Shown here: positions 38,622-51,385 of the stretch, one piece after another
Numbering within the stretch: position 1 is the stretch's first letter
Layout: each line of letters opens with the position of its first letter
DNA from: Balanoglossus misakiensis
Taxonomy: Eukaryota > Animalia > Hemichordata
NCBI GenBank assembly: GCA_040954595.2
Contig: CM082579.2
Location: forward strand, 10,343,625-10,407,624
Direction of reading: 5' to 3'
DNA: 64,000 bases
Made by a program: the position numbers and the translations under genes
The notes under the pieces: model-generated
Seen by the model: only the letters and a program-made list of their open reading frames with translations
Databases searched by the model: none
What the model was told of the DNA's origin: nothing

Positions 38622-41600
38622 GATTTGACCCTTGAAGATCCCGGAGTTGATGCAAGGTAGTGCATCAGCTGTATTACCTTTAGAACTCAATGTTTCAGTG
38701 TAAAATAAAACTTTGGATCTTTATTACTCTGGGATTAACTGGTCTGTATTCGATTGCAATTTTTAAAAAAAATTAATGTACCGATGTTTGAGTCCAACAG
38801 GAATTACAGTCCAATTCAGCAGCACTTGACTATGTTTTGAAATATTGAAGCATCAAAACATCTCAAAACAAGGAGATATTGTATAAAGTATTCTATCCAT
38901 TTCTCATGTCACATTCCCAGAGTGTGTCATTTATCTTTTTGAGATTTCTAAAAATCTTAGTTCTCTACAAAGTTCACTTTTCCATATCAGTGGGACTTGT
39001 AAGCATCCTTTGTTGTCATTTTTTGTATAAATTTGTGCAATATTATAAAAATTTACCCAGAACCAAAATGTATATTTTAATTGTCATTCTACCAGTGAAG
39101 AAATGTTAGTTGCTGTCGTTTCGAAATCTTTTATAATGGATGTATTTATTGTACATATTATTCTATAAGCTGTTGCTATAGTCAGAAGACAGATTTTATT
39201 CTCATGTAATTCTTACCATTATGTTGACCTGGAGATTGATTAGAATCATTGTAAACAAGTGATATAAACTACAACAAATTCATGCAAGCAAAAAACAGTT
39301 GTCAAACAGTTACCCCTGGAGACTTATCCCAACGCTAGTCCAAGCCCAAGTTGGTAGGTAGAGAAATGACCAAGGGCAACTGTCTTGATACTGCAAAAAT
39401 TCATCTTTTAGTTTGCAAATACTAGAATATCAGGATTGGATAAAATCTATTGTCAATCTGGTAAGAGAAATTTACTGTGCAATTTTTATAACAAATTTTT
39501 GAGTATTGTTTTATAAGTCTATATTTCTTGTTATGACTTGGGTGTCTTTCACACTACACAACTTCATGCATTGTTGCTATACCAATTATTGAATCTGATC
39601 TGTTTGTCATGTACTCAATCTAGCTCAGTTACTTTGTACATTGCAAAGTTTATGAAACTCTACTTCACATTGCATAAAATGGTTCCGAGTCTTGTAACAG
39701 TCAAGATAGATGTTTATTGGTATGGTCACAAACTGCAGCTTTTAAGTCTAAGTGCATGTTCAACATTTATTTTTATGTAACTTAACTTTTGGAATGGTTA
39801 TTTATTTATTTATTTATTTCAAGTTGCATTTTTTTATCTGCTTGACAAAGATGGTGTGTTACAAAATGCACGTCCATTATAATTTCTTCTTGAATTTAAG
39901 AAATCTTTACTTTGGTTAAAAGTTAAAGAATCCTGGATAGCAAGAATATTAATATCTTAATTTGCCTATGCTGTTCATGGAGTTCCAAAAGTGTAACTTA
40001 TTTATTCAAACAAGAAGTGATAAGTATGTATGTGTCAAAAAAGTATATTTTATGAGCGTTTCCTTGGACAATGGTTATTGTTGCCTGTGCAATGGGTAGT
40101 GCAATATTTCTAAGCTAATTGTATATCAATGTTGTGACTAATGTAATGGTCTAAGAATTATTTTTGTCAGTGCAATGGAAAGAAATTCTACATTCCACCA
40201 TAAAAAATAACTTGCTGCTCTTTTATCAATTCTAAACCCAAAGAAATCTAAATGATAAAACTTTTCAGTAACACTCGGTACCATTTGAGATATTTGTTTC
40301 TGTTAGTGTTTTCTCCACTGCATGTAACAGGGTTTCCATAATACACGTATAAGGGAAAAAATTGTCAATTTTCTTGTGTATTTCCTCATTCAAAAAAACA
40401 TCCCCTTTCATGTCTAATTTCAGTTTTCACACATGCAGTGTGAATCTTACAAACTAAAAAATCTTGTTAGAAATTGAACAAAAACATAGCCTGGTCACTC
40501 AAATTCTGAAAGGTCCATCTCAATGAGTCTACCTTTGTCATCAAAAATGACAATCCATCTCAATCAACCAGAGAGTTAAAAATTATAACGATAGCTTTGT
40601 GTGCAATCAAGTTAGCTGTTCATTTACAAAGACAGAAACACTGAGGAATGTGTGAAACATGAAGTACTATTTGAATATTTGTATTCTGAAAGCCAGTCAC
40701 AATTTAGTGACTGCATGTACATAAGTTAGTTGTGATATTTTACAATTTATGGAAGAATATTTTATTATAGGTAAATGTATTTATTTTATTTCAAAGTTAA
40801 TACTATTTATTGATTTCAGATTTACTATTTATTTTATTTATTTATTTATTTATAACTTTTGTGACACTAGAACCTGGAATTAATGGTACATTGGGTCAAA
40901 TACGTCCCTTTGTTTAGCTGAGTTACCTTTTTGACTATGCGTAAGAAGAAATCTGCCCACATTGCTTTCCTGATTGCCCTTGTATATGTAGTCACAAACC
41001 AGCACATTGTGGTGTATTTGATGACATGCATGAGAATTTCCATTGCCAATATCATCCTTTTAGTCTGCCATATGAATGATATACTGAAGGATCCAAATTG
41101 GTAAGCGTTGGTAGATAGAATTGATTATATCAATGAAAATGCAAACCGTATTTGAGTTTCTCTGGAAGAAAAGTGTCTATTCTTATGTATTGTAAACACA
41201 GTCCACTCCTCAGTGTTTGCAGGCATGGTGGTTTCAACTGGTGAAAGATATTGTTGTCAAGACTATAATGCAATATTTGGCTTGATATCTCTTGTAAAAA
41301 ATGCGTAAATCTATGAGGTTGCATAGACTTCGTTTTATGCACAATCGTGTGAGTCGTTTATATTGGTTGTAACGTCCAGGTTTTCATATTGTATTAGATG
41401 AAATTGCTATGCCAAGCATCAGCCACTCTGTATGTTGCGAGTTTTACAGTTCAATCGATTTTAGTGGTGTTTAGGTACAATGTATTGTCACCATTTTCCG
41501 TGTTGAAAAAAAGAAAATTAAAAGTTGTAATATCCTTGTGGTATTATGTGTCTTCCAAATCGTCTTGACATTTGCACAAGTAGAAGTGCATTCTCACAAG

Positions 41601-41932
41601 CTAGACCTTTATTTCCGCTTCACAAAGCAACCCAAAAACAGTGCTCTGCCATACCTGGCTGGGAAGCTGCATATCATTTGAATAAGCCAATCATCAATTG
41701 TGTAACAAAGTCGCGTCCTCTGGAAGCAAACCCGCTGCTTCCTCATGACTGCTGTGTGTGTGGCAGACTGGTCAGCAAAAATGGCTAACATAGCGTCAAG
41801 GACACTGGGGGTCCCATTTGAGGATTACACGGAAATACGTACACCAGAATAAATATCACACGTGACATTGGCAAGCAGATACATGTATGACCTAACCATA
41901 TAATATCGAAATGTAAAAAAAAATTAATAAAG

Positions 41933-42297
41933 CAGAGGTCGTGGTAACATTTTTTTGAGTGCGTCTTTTTGACGCATTCATAACAAAAAATGCGTCAAAC
42001 TCCTTTCAGCCTGCGTCCTAGACATGTCTAGTTCAATATTCATTAAACAAAAGTAGCAACATTTTGAGTACAAAAGGTTGGGCGCACTAGTGGTTGTTAC
42101 ATTTTGAGTACAAAGTTTGCGCGCACAAGTGATTATTTTGATCCCAGGGGGATAGTCAGCGGTATGCGGTATCACGCGTATGGTTTCCGTTGACCATTGT
42201 GTGCTAATAGAGCGACGGTTCCTATGCGTCAATATTGATGCACTGATTAACATATCTGCGTCAAATACGCATACTTTTTGCGTAAACGCGACCTCTG
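41933..42297. mobile_element. hAT-like MITE
   Basis: CAGAGGTCG ... CGACCTCTG termini; repeated subterminal TGCGTCA/TGACGCA; TSD imperfect. Confidence 0.55.
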
Positions 42298-42304
42298 ATA
42301 AAAA

Positions 42305-42522
42305 ACATGCCCAATTAACTGTCATGCGTCATGGCAGTCTTACAAGCGGAACTAGAAAAAACTTGTTTTGACCAAAATTGTCTTTACAAACACATATGGC
42401 AAGCAACTTCTTTAAGTCAGCCCTGGGACAGACAGACAGATAATTACTGGTAATTACAAATAGAATAGCTGGTGGTCTCTGTAACAGCTGGCCTATTAAA
42501 GTTATGTAAACATGTATAAGTT
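42305..42522 (+). repeat. Interspersed repeat fragment, second copy at ~45145-45395
   Basis: Shared CATGGCAGTCTTACAAG...GACAGACAGA...ATAGCTGGTGGTCTCTGTAACAGCTGGCCTATTAAAGTTATGTAAACATG. Confidence 0.8.
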
Positions 42523-43436
42523 GGGGGGGGGGGGTAATATAGCATTCGCAGGGCGCAAGTGCCGCTAATCGCTAAGGGAGCAATCATGGCAGAGTGGGTC
42601 ACCTTTTTTTCTATGAACAGTGCATTGTGGGATTCGAAGCAATAAATGCAGTGAAAGTTTATGTCAACCATATTGGAAAATACACTGACCTAGACACTCA
42701 GATCAAGCACAATCTTTATTAGTATTTGATTTCGTCGTTTAATGATTTATTTGTTTGTTTGACGATTAGTGTATGCCCTTCCAACTGTCAAATATCTTAA
42801 TCCAAATGCGTTTTGTCTCAACTTGAGGGCGCAGTCCCCGCTATTCATCGCCAATGTTGAAATTTGACTTTTCTAAGACAACATGACCACAGACAACGTC
42901 CAGGGGAGACTGTCTTCCACCTGTACGTGCATCCGTCCACCCGTGAACTACAGAAGCTTCACGAGTACAGAAAAACACCTGTGTGGACTGTACTGGCCCA
43001 TTCAAACGAGCGTTTACATGAACTCTGGCCTTATCAGGCTTATGCTAGTGTTACAGGAGTCATTATTGCACTGTTTTGTTGATATATCCACCCAGCATAG
43101 CTTTATCTCCTAGCGTAGCCGCGTATCGAAACATGGACCCAGTGACCCAACCAAAACAATGCCTTTGTCGGGTAGGGGCGTATTCATGACGTAGTGTCGT
43201 TTAATCAATTAGCGTATCATTTCTACAGTCTGAAAAGTGTACGAGAGCCTGACGCAGTGGGAATTTTCACTGAATATGCCTAATTTGCTTTTCGCTTACA
43301 TCATGGTCCAACACAAACGCGCAGTTTCATATATCTGCTGTCCAGGAACACTATACATGTACTTTGAACTTGGAATCATAATGTATTCTTGGGACAGAAC
43401 CAATCCACGCCAAGAGTTTAATGTACCCAGTTGCAC

Positions 43437-43471
43437 CATGGACGTAAAAAAGAGTCTTTTTTACGTCCATG
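43437..43471. mobile_element. 35-bp palindromic micro-element with 7-bp TSD
   Basis: GTTGCAC|CATGGACGTAAAAAAGA-G-TCTTTTTTACGTCCATG|GTTGCAC. Confidence 0.75.
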
Positions 43472-43675
43472 GTTGCACAGAAGCACGGTGGAAGGATCTC
43501 ACCATCCCGGTTGGTCGTGTTCCATAGTTGGGGTAAGTAAATAGACATCCCGCTGGTGGAAGAGGGGGGGGGGGGGTAAAAAGCACATAACTAAGTAGCT
43601 CTCAGAGGGAAAATCGCGACCTTTTACTGATTTCTATGTCTTGAAAATTTCAAAGCTATGTGCACAAATTACATT

Positions 43676-44075
43676 AAAGCTACAAGCAGCATTGAAGGGG
43701 CCCAAGCAAATAGAGATAATCATGACAAATCCAATGCATCAAGTGTCAATGATGTATCTTCTGTGGATGCTAAGATATGAGAAAGAAGGTCAAAGAGGTC
43801 ACCAAAAGTGTAGGCAATAATTGTTGACCCTACACTGGTCCATGTCAAACAAAAACCACTCCATTAGCCCTATTGGTTAGTCTGGAATTAGGTATGTGCA
43901 TAATTAATGATGTAAAGTGTAAGACTCCATTCAGTGTTCCATCCATCCAAATGCCTAGGCTGTACCTGCTGTGGATGCAGAGATATGTGAAAGTAGGTCA
44001 AAGGTCACCCAAAATTTGCGCAAAAAAAATTGATTCCATATTGGTCCATGTGCAACAAAAACCAGACTTCTAGCC
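43676..44075 (+). mobile_element. 5' fragment of the HINE-like family seen at 29969-33428
   Basis: AAAGCTACAAGCAGCATTGAAGGGGCCCAAGC start plus about 1.5 degenerate satellite units (AAGTAGGTCAAAGGTCACCCAAAATTTG at ~43991). Confidence 0.8.
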
Positions 44076-45399
44076 ATTTGCTGCCACATGCCGGTTCAGG
44101 GGCCCGTTTTAGCAGTGCTATATTGAGTATTTTAGCATCGCTGGATTGAGCTCTCGTCCAATCAGAATGGCGGACGGTAGCATGATATAATTTAATACAT
44201 ATTTTCTGTTAGCTCTATACTTGAAGTTTATGAAAATCTGGTTTATTTTCCAAAATTTCTGTTCTCTTTCTCGTTTTTGCTAAAAATGCACGATTTAAAG
44301 TTTTTTTACTCAAAGGAGTGTAAATAAAAAAAGACAATGCCTCCAGGTGATCTGTTACTGGCAATCGACAGCTGGGTATAGTGGTAAAAATAACTTATCA
44401 TGGAATTTTGATATTCACTTTTGTTTTCGAACAATGAGCCTTTAAAGTGTCAACTGTCGATTTTGCATAAATTATCGACTTTTGTTCACTTGTGTGGTGA
44501 TTTCTTTTGTTCTATCAACTTTATTGGTAATCTGGTCTACGTTTTTGGAGACAGGTATTGTTCCCTTCCTCAGGCCAAAAATCAGAACAATCTGTGCGCG
44601 CATTGCTAAGTTACACTCTTTTGAAGTTGCACTCCAGAGCCCAAAACTGAACAGAGAAAATCGACAATTTGTGTGAATGGAACTTTCAGTTGGAAAAAAG
44701 CTATCATACATAGTACTAACTCACTATTTTTTAATGAAGTGGCATAATACTTGAGACTTTAGACCAAGTTATTTTCATATATAACATTTTGCAAGTTCAT
44801 AAATTGGGGGGAAATCGGGAAAAAAATGGCTGACAGAGTATAATAATGAGGTTTGTTTGTTTATTAAGCAAACAAGGGACTGTTAATGCCTGCCACTGAT
44901 AACTTCTCCAAAGGACACTAAGCCCGTTAAGTATACACTTCTGAAAACCCATTTTAATCATTTTCTCACTCCTACCATAACATGTAATTAGTAATTGTAC
45001 ATTTGCGGGTGTTTCATTGCCCTATGTCCGGTCACAGAACGTTTAAGTAAGAATAATATGATATAAACTGAATAAATTACTGGTGACATTGCAAGCAGAT
45101 ATGATATAATCATGGAAATATGGAATGTAAAAACATTAACAAGGAACATGCCCAATAAACTGCCATATGTCATGGCAGTCTTACAAGTGGTGCTAGAAAA
45201 ATTTATTTTTGACCAAAAATTGTCTGTACAAACACATATGACAAGCAACTTCTTTCAGTCAGCCCTGGAACAGACAGACACACACACAGACAGACAAAGA
45301 CACTCACTGACCTGCCACTGGTAATTAGAAATTTAATAGCTGGTGGTCTCTGTAACAGCTGGCCTATTAAAGTTATGTAAACATGTTTAAGTTGGAGGT

Positions 45400-46247
45400 A
45401 ACAACTCCTTGTAAACAATTAACTTTCAAAACAACTGGACAATTGGTTTAGGAGAAGATTTGCGAACTAAAAATAAAGAAACTTACACAAAAAACTGCTA
45501 AATGTTGAATATTTTTGATATCAGAATTGAATAAAAGTTGCACATGCATTTGTTATGAAATTGTATCCTAAATTTCAAAGCAATCAGAGAAAAAAAAAAA
45601 TTTCAAAGCAGTTTTACAGAAAATATTTGTTCAAAAGGGGCAAAAATACAAATATGCAAATATCACCAAAATGGTACAATATCTAACTTCAATCACTATG
45701 AGGAACTTACCTGCCAAAGTTCAATGCAATGTGACACGCGGTTTCAGAAATAAACTATTTTTGACAAAATTTGCTAAAAATTTCCCCAATAACACATTTA
45801 TGCAAATATTAACAACATCTTACCCCTAGGAACATGCCTACCAAATTGCAAAGCAATCTGGCATGCAGTTTCAGAGAAAAAAAAATTGACCAAAAATGGC
45901 AAAAATTGCTCAAAATTATAAATATGCAAAAGTTGCAACAATTTGAACAAAACTATGGTTACTCAGACAGCCTATGGGAAGCTTCGTACTAAATTTCAAA
46001 CAAGTAGGCCATACATTTTCAGAAATGAAGATTTGTTACCAATAATATGGAAAAATACAAAAAATGCATAAAAAAATAGAAAATCGATAATATTAGCTCA
46101 AAACATACAGGGATGTTTAAGGTAGACATAAGATACATGCATGCCAATTTTCAAATCAATCTGACTAGTGGTTGTCAAGTTTTTGAGTTTTGACCAATTT
46201 CACATTTTCCCAGCTAATTTGCATATTTTTGGCAATGACAACTTCCC
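45400..46247 (+). repeat. Degenerate tandem body of a second HINE-like family, truncated by a LINE fragment
   Basis: Recurrent AATTTCAAAGCAATC, GTTTCAGAAA and ATGCAAAT motifs; 46155-46247 matches 59100-59190 and 48575-48610. Confidence 0.55.
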
Positions 46248-46465
46248 ATGTTTTCTTCCCTGTTCAATATTCAAATTATGTGATGATAATCTAAAACGAG
46301 ACAATGCGAATCTATAGACTGTGTCTGAAATACATTCTAAATATTTCTCGCATGAAAACTTATTTTTAAACATACAGTAAGTACTCAGTTTTGAACTACA
46401 TCTTATTGCAGATTGCCATTCCTGTATTGAAATATCTTGACATCTTTGTTTGAACAGTTTAATGA
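46248..46465 (-). mobile_element. Non-LTR retrotransposon ORF2 C-terminal fragment (RTEX-like)
   Basis: QEWQSAIRCSSKLSTYCMFKNKFSCEKYLECISDTVYRFALSRFRLSSHNLNIEQGR; the KL-TY-FK / EKYL / FRLSSH-L-IE-GR pattern is typical of LINE ORF2 tails. Confidence 0.75.
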
Positions 46466-46472
46466 CTCTCAC

Positions 46473-47868
46473 CATGCTTCAGTGTCTCAGTTTCCTCGGC
46501 ATTGTCCTTGACCTTGAGCAATGATAAAAAAACAAAGACATACATAAATGGTGGTCCTGGTGGTGGTGGTGGGAGGGTAGGAGGAGGAGGAAATGATGAG
46601 GTTCAACGGGCCTTTATGACAAACCTGTAACAAACCAACTACATGTATTGAACTTACATTTTTCTTTCTTTTTCGTCTTTTCAAAACAACTCTCTTACGA
46701 TATGCCACTGCGACGACTACTAGTGTTACCACAATGCACACAGCACCGAATGTTAGGAACATGTGTATCTGCACACTCGTACTGTTAGTGCATTCACCTG
46801 AAAATCAATAAGGGAAAATATAATGTTATCTCCGCTCGTAGATATGTCGGCTACGTGGCACTTGTACAAGAACGACTTTGTTTTTGTGTAAGCGATTGCA
46901 ACGTACAGACAAACAGTCTACAACTGGAGAATGATTTACCTGCACCTGTTCGTACACCAGCAGTAAACGATTTTTCTTGCTCCATACAATGGTGTTTTGC
47001 TACGCACGTATACGTCCCAGAATGCCTCTCGTCAGTCTTAGCTATCGTTAGGTTGCTACATATGTGGTAGTCTGGGCCCACTTCCTCCCACTCCGTCTGG
47101 ATAGAGATGACGCCAATTGCCGAAAGCACTTGGTCGTTGAAAAGCCACGAAACATTGGCGGCCGGACTGCTTGAGTTCACAAAACAAATCGCCGTCAACG
47201 TCACTGCGGAGACCACATTGACGGTCGAGTTGTTCACATCATGCATATGATCACTGCCGACCGATATATATAAGTCCAAGCGGACTGGGGCTGGAAAAGA
47301 AGTGGAAAAACAATAAAATGTATCTCCAAAATAAACATATATACAATAGGCGGTAGCTCATCTTGTAACCGTTTTACAATTTTCTCTAGGGTCTGTGGTT
47401 TTACGTACATATATCTGCAACACATTTCTCTGAACATAGCGTTTTTCCGCTCATTCATGTCGTAAGTCGGGTAACGTGACAAATACTAAACGCGGTGTGT
47501 GTTGTCACATCTGCGGCTGCGAGTACGAGATGTGAACTTACCACAAACACGCAAGTGGACGACACCTGTCAACTGCGTCGATTCATGTGGGTTGCTATTA
47601 GGCGACTCTGCTGTCACTAAACACTGATAGTCAGTCTCATCAGAGAGCGCTATTCTTCTGAGACTCAGTGAAAGCATGTCTTCCATGGCATACTTGTCTG
47701 TATCAATGTACTTTGAATACCCATCCGAGAATTTTTGTGCGATAAACCTTCTTTCCTCCGCTAACGTCCATCTTCCCATGGTCAACTTGTGATTACCTAG
47801 TTCAACAAGACACACAATAGTTGCATCTCTGCCGAGGCAGACGCACACCTCGGCTTCAACAAATGTCA
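46473..47868 (-). CDS. Ig-superfamily type I membrane receptor (V-set + I/C2-set Ig + TM), partial
   Basis: Phase 1-1 exons 47868-47542 (GRDATIVC...GRW...LSLSLRRIALSDETDYQCLV...VHLRV) and 47290-46940 (AICFVNSSSPAANVSWLFN...SNLTIAKTDERHSGTYTCVAKH). TM exon 46797-46658 (FLTFGAVCIVVTLVVVAVAYRKRVVLKRRKRKKN). Candidate cytoplasmic exon 46512-46473 (VKDNAEETETLKH). Signal and last exons not located. Confidence 0.8.
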
Positions 47869-48574
47869 CTGAAAAGAAGTAAGACAAAAACGCACGATTT
47901 ACAATTATAATTTCACCGATGTTGACTGTATTGATCCATCAGGATAAGTTGGCCATGCCAACACTACTAACAACGCGATTAATATTTTGTTATATTTTGT
48001 TATACTAATATTTAAATGGAACATTTTGTTGATTGGTCGTCCTATTCAGACTCTTATCATGAATGTAAAACAAATACTTGAAAAATTCCTATCCATCTAC
48101 GTATGCATGCGGAACGTGCGCGATGACGTATACATCCACTGGCCAGTCCCATATAAGGCTAGAGCCTGGGATAGAGCAAAGTCCGCATCGCTCAATAAAT
48201 TGCAGGTACAAAACATGGTGATTGCATCACCCAACAAAGTGGCGTGATCGAGACAATTGACAACAATGGTTTCTGTCGATATAAACAGGAACTAAGGAGA
48301 TTATTGAGTTGTCGACTCACAAACCATCATAATCTAATGCATTAAGACTTGTACTGCGCGCGAGGCACGTATAACCATTTCATATCGGAACAGATCACCA
48401 CAGACCCCAATATTAAAATTTCAATTTTCACCGCTTCAGTTAACAAATTTGGAACCATAACGATATGATCATAAAACGAAATATTAGTCGGTTATACTGT
48501 TTTCCCGTTTATGACTCTTTTTCCATATTAGGCAAAAATGTAAATTCAGCAGTGGTCATTTTTCACATCTTACA

Positions 48575-48815
48575 CAGCTAATTTGCATATTTTTGGCATT
48601 GACACCTTCATTTGAACAAACTCCCATCTACAGCCCCTAATGCATCTACACAACAACTATTGAGGTCATACGCGCAGCGGTTTTCAAGTTTTTGATGTGG
48701 ACGGACATACAGACATACATCCATACATCCATCCATCCATACATCCATCCATCCATACATACAGACGCAACCGATCCCATAGGGTCCCATGGTACATACC
48801 AATGGGACCTAAAAA
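48575..48815 (+). mobile_element. 3' end of HINE-like element (microsatellite plus terminal hairpin)
   Basis: (CATC/CATA)n tract followed by AGGGTCCCATGGTACATACCAATGGGACCT and an A-run; homologous copy at 59140-59366. Confidence 0.75.
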
Positions 48816-49683
48816 TCACGGACGCGTACCCAGCTGATGTACATGTGTAATGCCGTGGTAAAATTCTAAATAACATTCATCATGGTAAACTATAAAAATA
48901 AAACCGGAATGAAAAGACCATGAATCAAAGGAATTCAAACATGCAATGCTTTATTTTCTATACGGAATGAACTTTGTCGAAAAAAGAAACACAATTCAAG
49001 ATCGACTGATTGGGCTGCATTTGCAATCATGGTGCATCGTGAATTAACACTTGTTTTCGTATCATTTTTTTCTGTACACTGATATTTGAAACGAGTTAAA
49101 TATATTGTTGCTTTCCCCTTTCATTTCTACTGGATATGATTCTTTGAACGTTTCGTTATTCCTAAATCAAACAGCGACGCTTGGCCGCCTGGTGCAGTTA
49201 TCTCTTGCTGAAATGGTCAGCGATTTTGTAAATGACGTTTCACAAGATTATAAAACGGATCTTTTGAGTGAATGACAGTTAAATATATCAGACAAATTCA
49301 AACTTTTGAACCTGCAGCAAGATTGAAAATGACGGTCAAAAGGTGTGACGTCCTCGGACAATTTCATCAATTACATCGTGTCCTCTTTTCGTGCCTGTGG
49401 TGGCAATTTGTATAATTTAAATAGGAAAAGAGACACGATGCAAAAACAACAGCATAATGTCCTCCTTGCTATTGCATGACTCGTCTCACAGTCATGGAAA
49501 CTAGTCTAAAATCTAGGGAGAAGTATCTTGCAAACGCAAATTTGGTTTTTATGTGTCTAATTTCAGGAGTATAGCGAAGACATTGTCAAAATCTCACGAA
49601 GAGCTCGTTGTACAGCTCGCAACTCAAATAGCCATGCTGGCCAAGAAAAAGGGGCCTCACAGATTGACACTAGCCATGAAAAC

Positions 49684-50420
49684 TTAAGGTGGCATTGCAT
49701 GAAACCGTCGAGACTTTATCAGAGGCCTATTTCTCATCAAAGACAAAGTTAAAACCCCCATAAACCATATATATTCTGGAAGCTGAGATTTTGAACTTTT
49801 GTTTAAGTTGCAAAGATCATTGATCCCCGGAAATGGTGGCGATTTTGGGTGAAAAAATCCATTTTTTGATATTATGTCATGAAATTTAAAATAGGTAAAA
49901 AAGTTGACCATGCATCATGCATCTTAATATGTCATTCGAAACTAGAGTACACGTGCAAAAAAACGGTAATTTTGTTTTGCGTTATCTGCTTCCATTGAGG
50001 AGTAACAGCGTTTGAAAGTTAGATTTTTAGTAAAATTTGATCAAATGCACGGTGAGTTGTATTGAATCAGAGTTTATTCCCGCCAGGGACACTTTATCGA
50101 CTAACAAAAATACCGTTTTGTTGGATGGGTCATACACAATCCCCAGTTAAAATTTGAGCAAATTCGGCCAACGCAGAGCGAAGCTATTTTCGTCTCAAGT
50201 TGTCAAGAGCAGCGAAAAAGCAAACTGAGAAAAACGGCCATTTGCATTGTTGACACCTATTTGTTAAGCTGTTAACTCATTCAGAAAAGTGCTATTTTGG
50301 GGTGATTATGCACCATTTCCGCCAAGACGTATTAGTCAGGGTGTGGGTCAGTATTAGGCCTACCGATTTATGTAAAAAAAGTAAAATTTGGCAAAAATCA
50401 CAACTTTTCATGCAATGCCA
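49684..50420. mobile_element. Kolobok-like TTAA MITE with damaged right end
   Basis: TTAAGGTGGCATTGCATGAAA ... TTTCATGCAATGCCA; the expected terminal CCTTAA is missing. Confidence 0.6.
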
Positions 50421-50693
50421 GTGTATCTGGAAATACTTGAAAAGGGCGGAAAAATCAAAATGGGAAACGTTTGCGCCAAACAAATAATATCAAAGACGTA
50501 CCTGTGGCCATGAGGAAAACAACACAGCCTGGCACAATTTTGGTAACCACCATGCCTGCAGATAGAGTTAGCCAGAAAGATTTGTGGAGTGTGTCCAACA
50601 TTGCATTAATTGTGCGTGAAAAATAAGTGTGACTGCAAAGTAATATGCTTCGTCGCAATTGGTTGAAACCAGGCTTAAGGACAGCGTATGGGG

Positions 50694-50777
50694 TAGTCTT
50701 GTCCCCTGCCCAAATCCCATCGCTGACTGCGCTACGCTAAAGGAAAGGGGGCAGGATTGGGGCAGGGGACCAGACTA
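50694..50777. mobile_element. 84-bp TAG...CTA element with 9-bp TSD (Academ/AcademH-like derivative)
   Basis: CGTATGGGG|TAGTCTTGTCCCCTGCCCAAATCC ... GGATTGGGGCAGGGGACCAGACTA|CGTATGGGG. Confidence 0.8.
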
Positions 50778-51204
50778 CGTATGGGGTCATCTACAGGATT
50801 GCATCACCCAATAAAGAACGGGGGTATTTGACCTCATCAGAATAAATGTCATCAGTAGCAAGATTGGCATCACGCCTTCGTTTTACAGACGCTACTTTTT
50901 GCTCATTTTCGGCGTATTTACTTCAAGTGGTTCTCCACAACCCAAACTGAAATATAAGGGGTTCAAGTTGTTTATGGGAGTGAAGTGGTCAGCTAGATCG
51001 TATCATCCAGCAACCACGTAGATAAAGAAAGCGACAGGCAAATATTGATTTAAATCTTCCTGGAGGTCTAACTGAACAATAAGAAACCATGTGGGAGTCA
51101 CCATTTCCATAGAACAGATAGACCCTCCAATGATTTTTTTTCTATAATTGTGTCTGTGATTTTCCAATGTGCTTCTGCTTGAAAAGGGCGGGGAAAAAAT
51201 CATC

Positions 51205-51298
51205 AGTCATATTTCATTCACATGTCCAGCAATCCTCTTTCCTTGTTTTAGAATCCCAATAATTTCTTTTGTCCTCAGCGATCCATATGGCGTTGAAC
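51205..51298 (-). pseudogene. Degenerate tyrosine-kinase C-lobe exon
   Basis: After TGTGTAG|, phase 1: G-STPYGSLRTKEIIGILKQGKR, resembling the RTK G-SPYPG....L..LK.G.R segment; DCW follows in a shifted frame, then stops. Confidence 0.45.
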
Positions 51299-51385
51299 CT
51301 ACACAGGTAGAGATTAAAATAAGATAGAATAGGATTAGGTGATTTGGAAAATAAATCATTTAAGTTGACAGATTTGCAGATTTTT

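Noticed and set aside
46487-46657. Read-through C-terminus of the Ig-TM ORF or genuine 31-33 nt introns
   Set aside because: A single 145-nt intron (46657-46513) gives a simpler in-frame model; the ultrashort introns are unproven.
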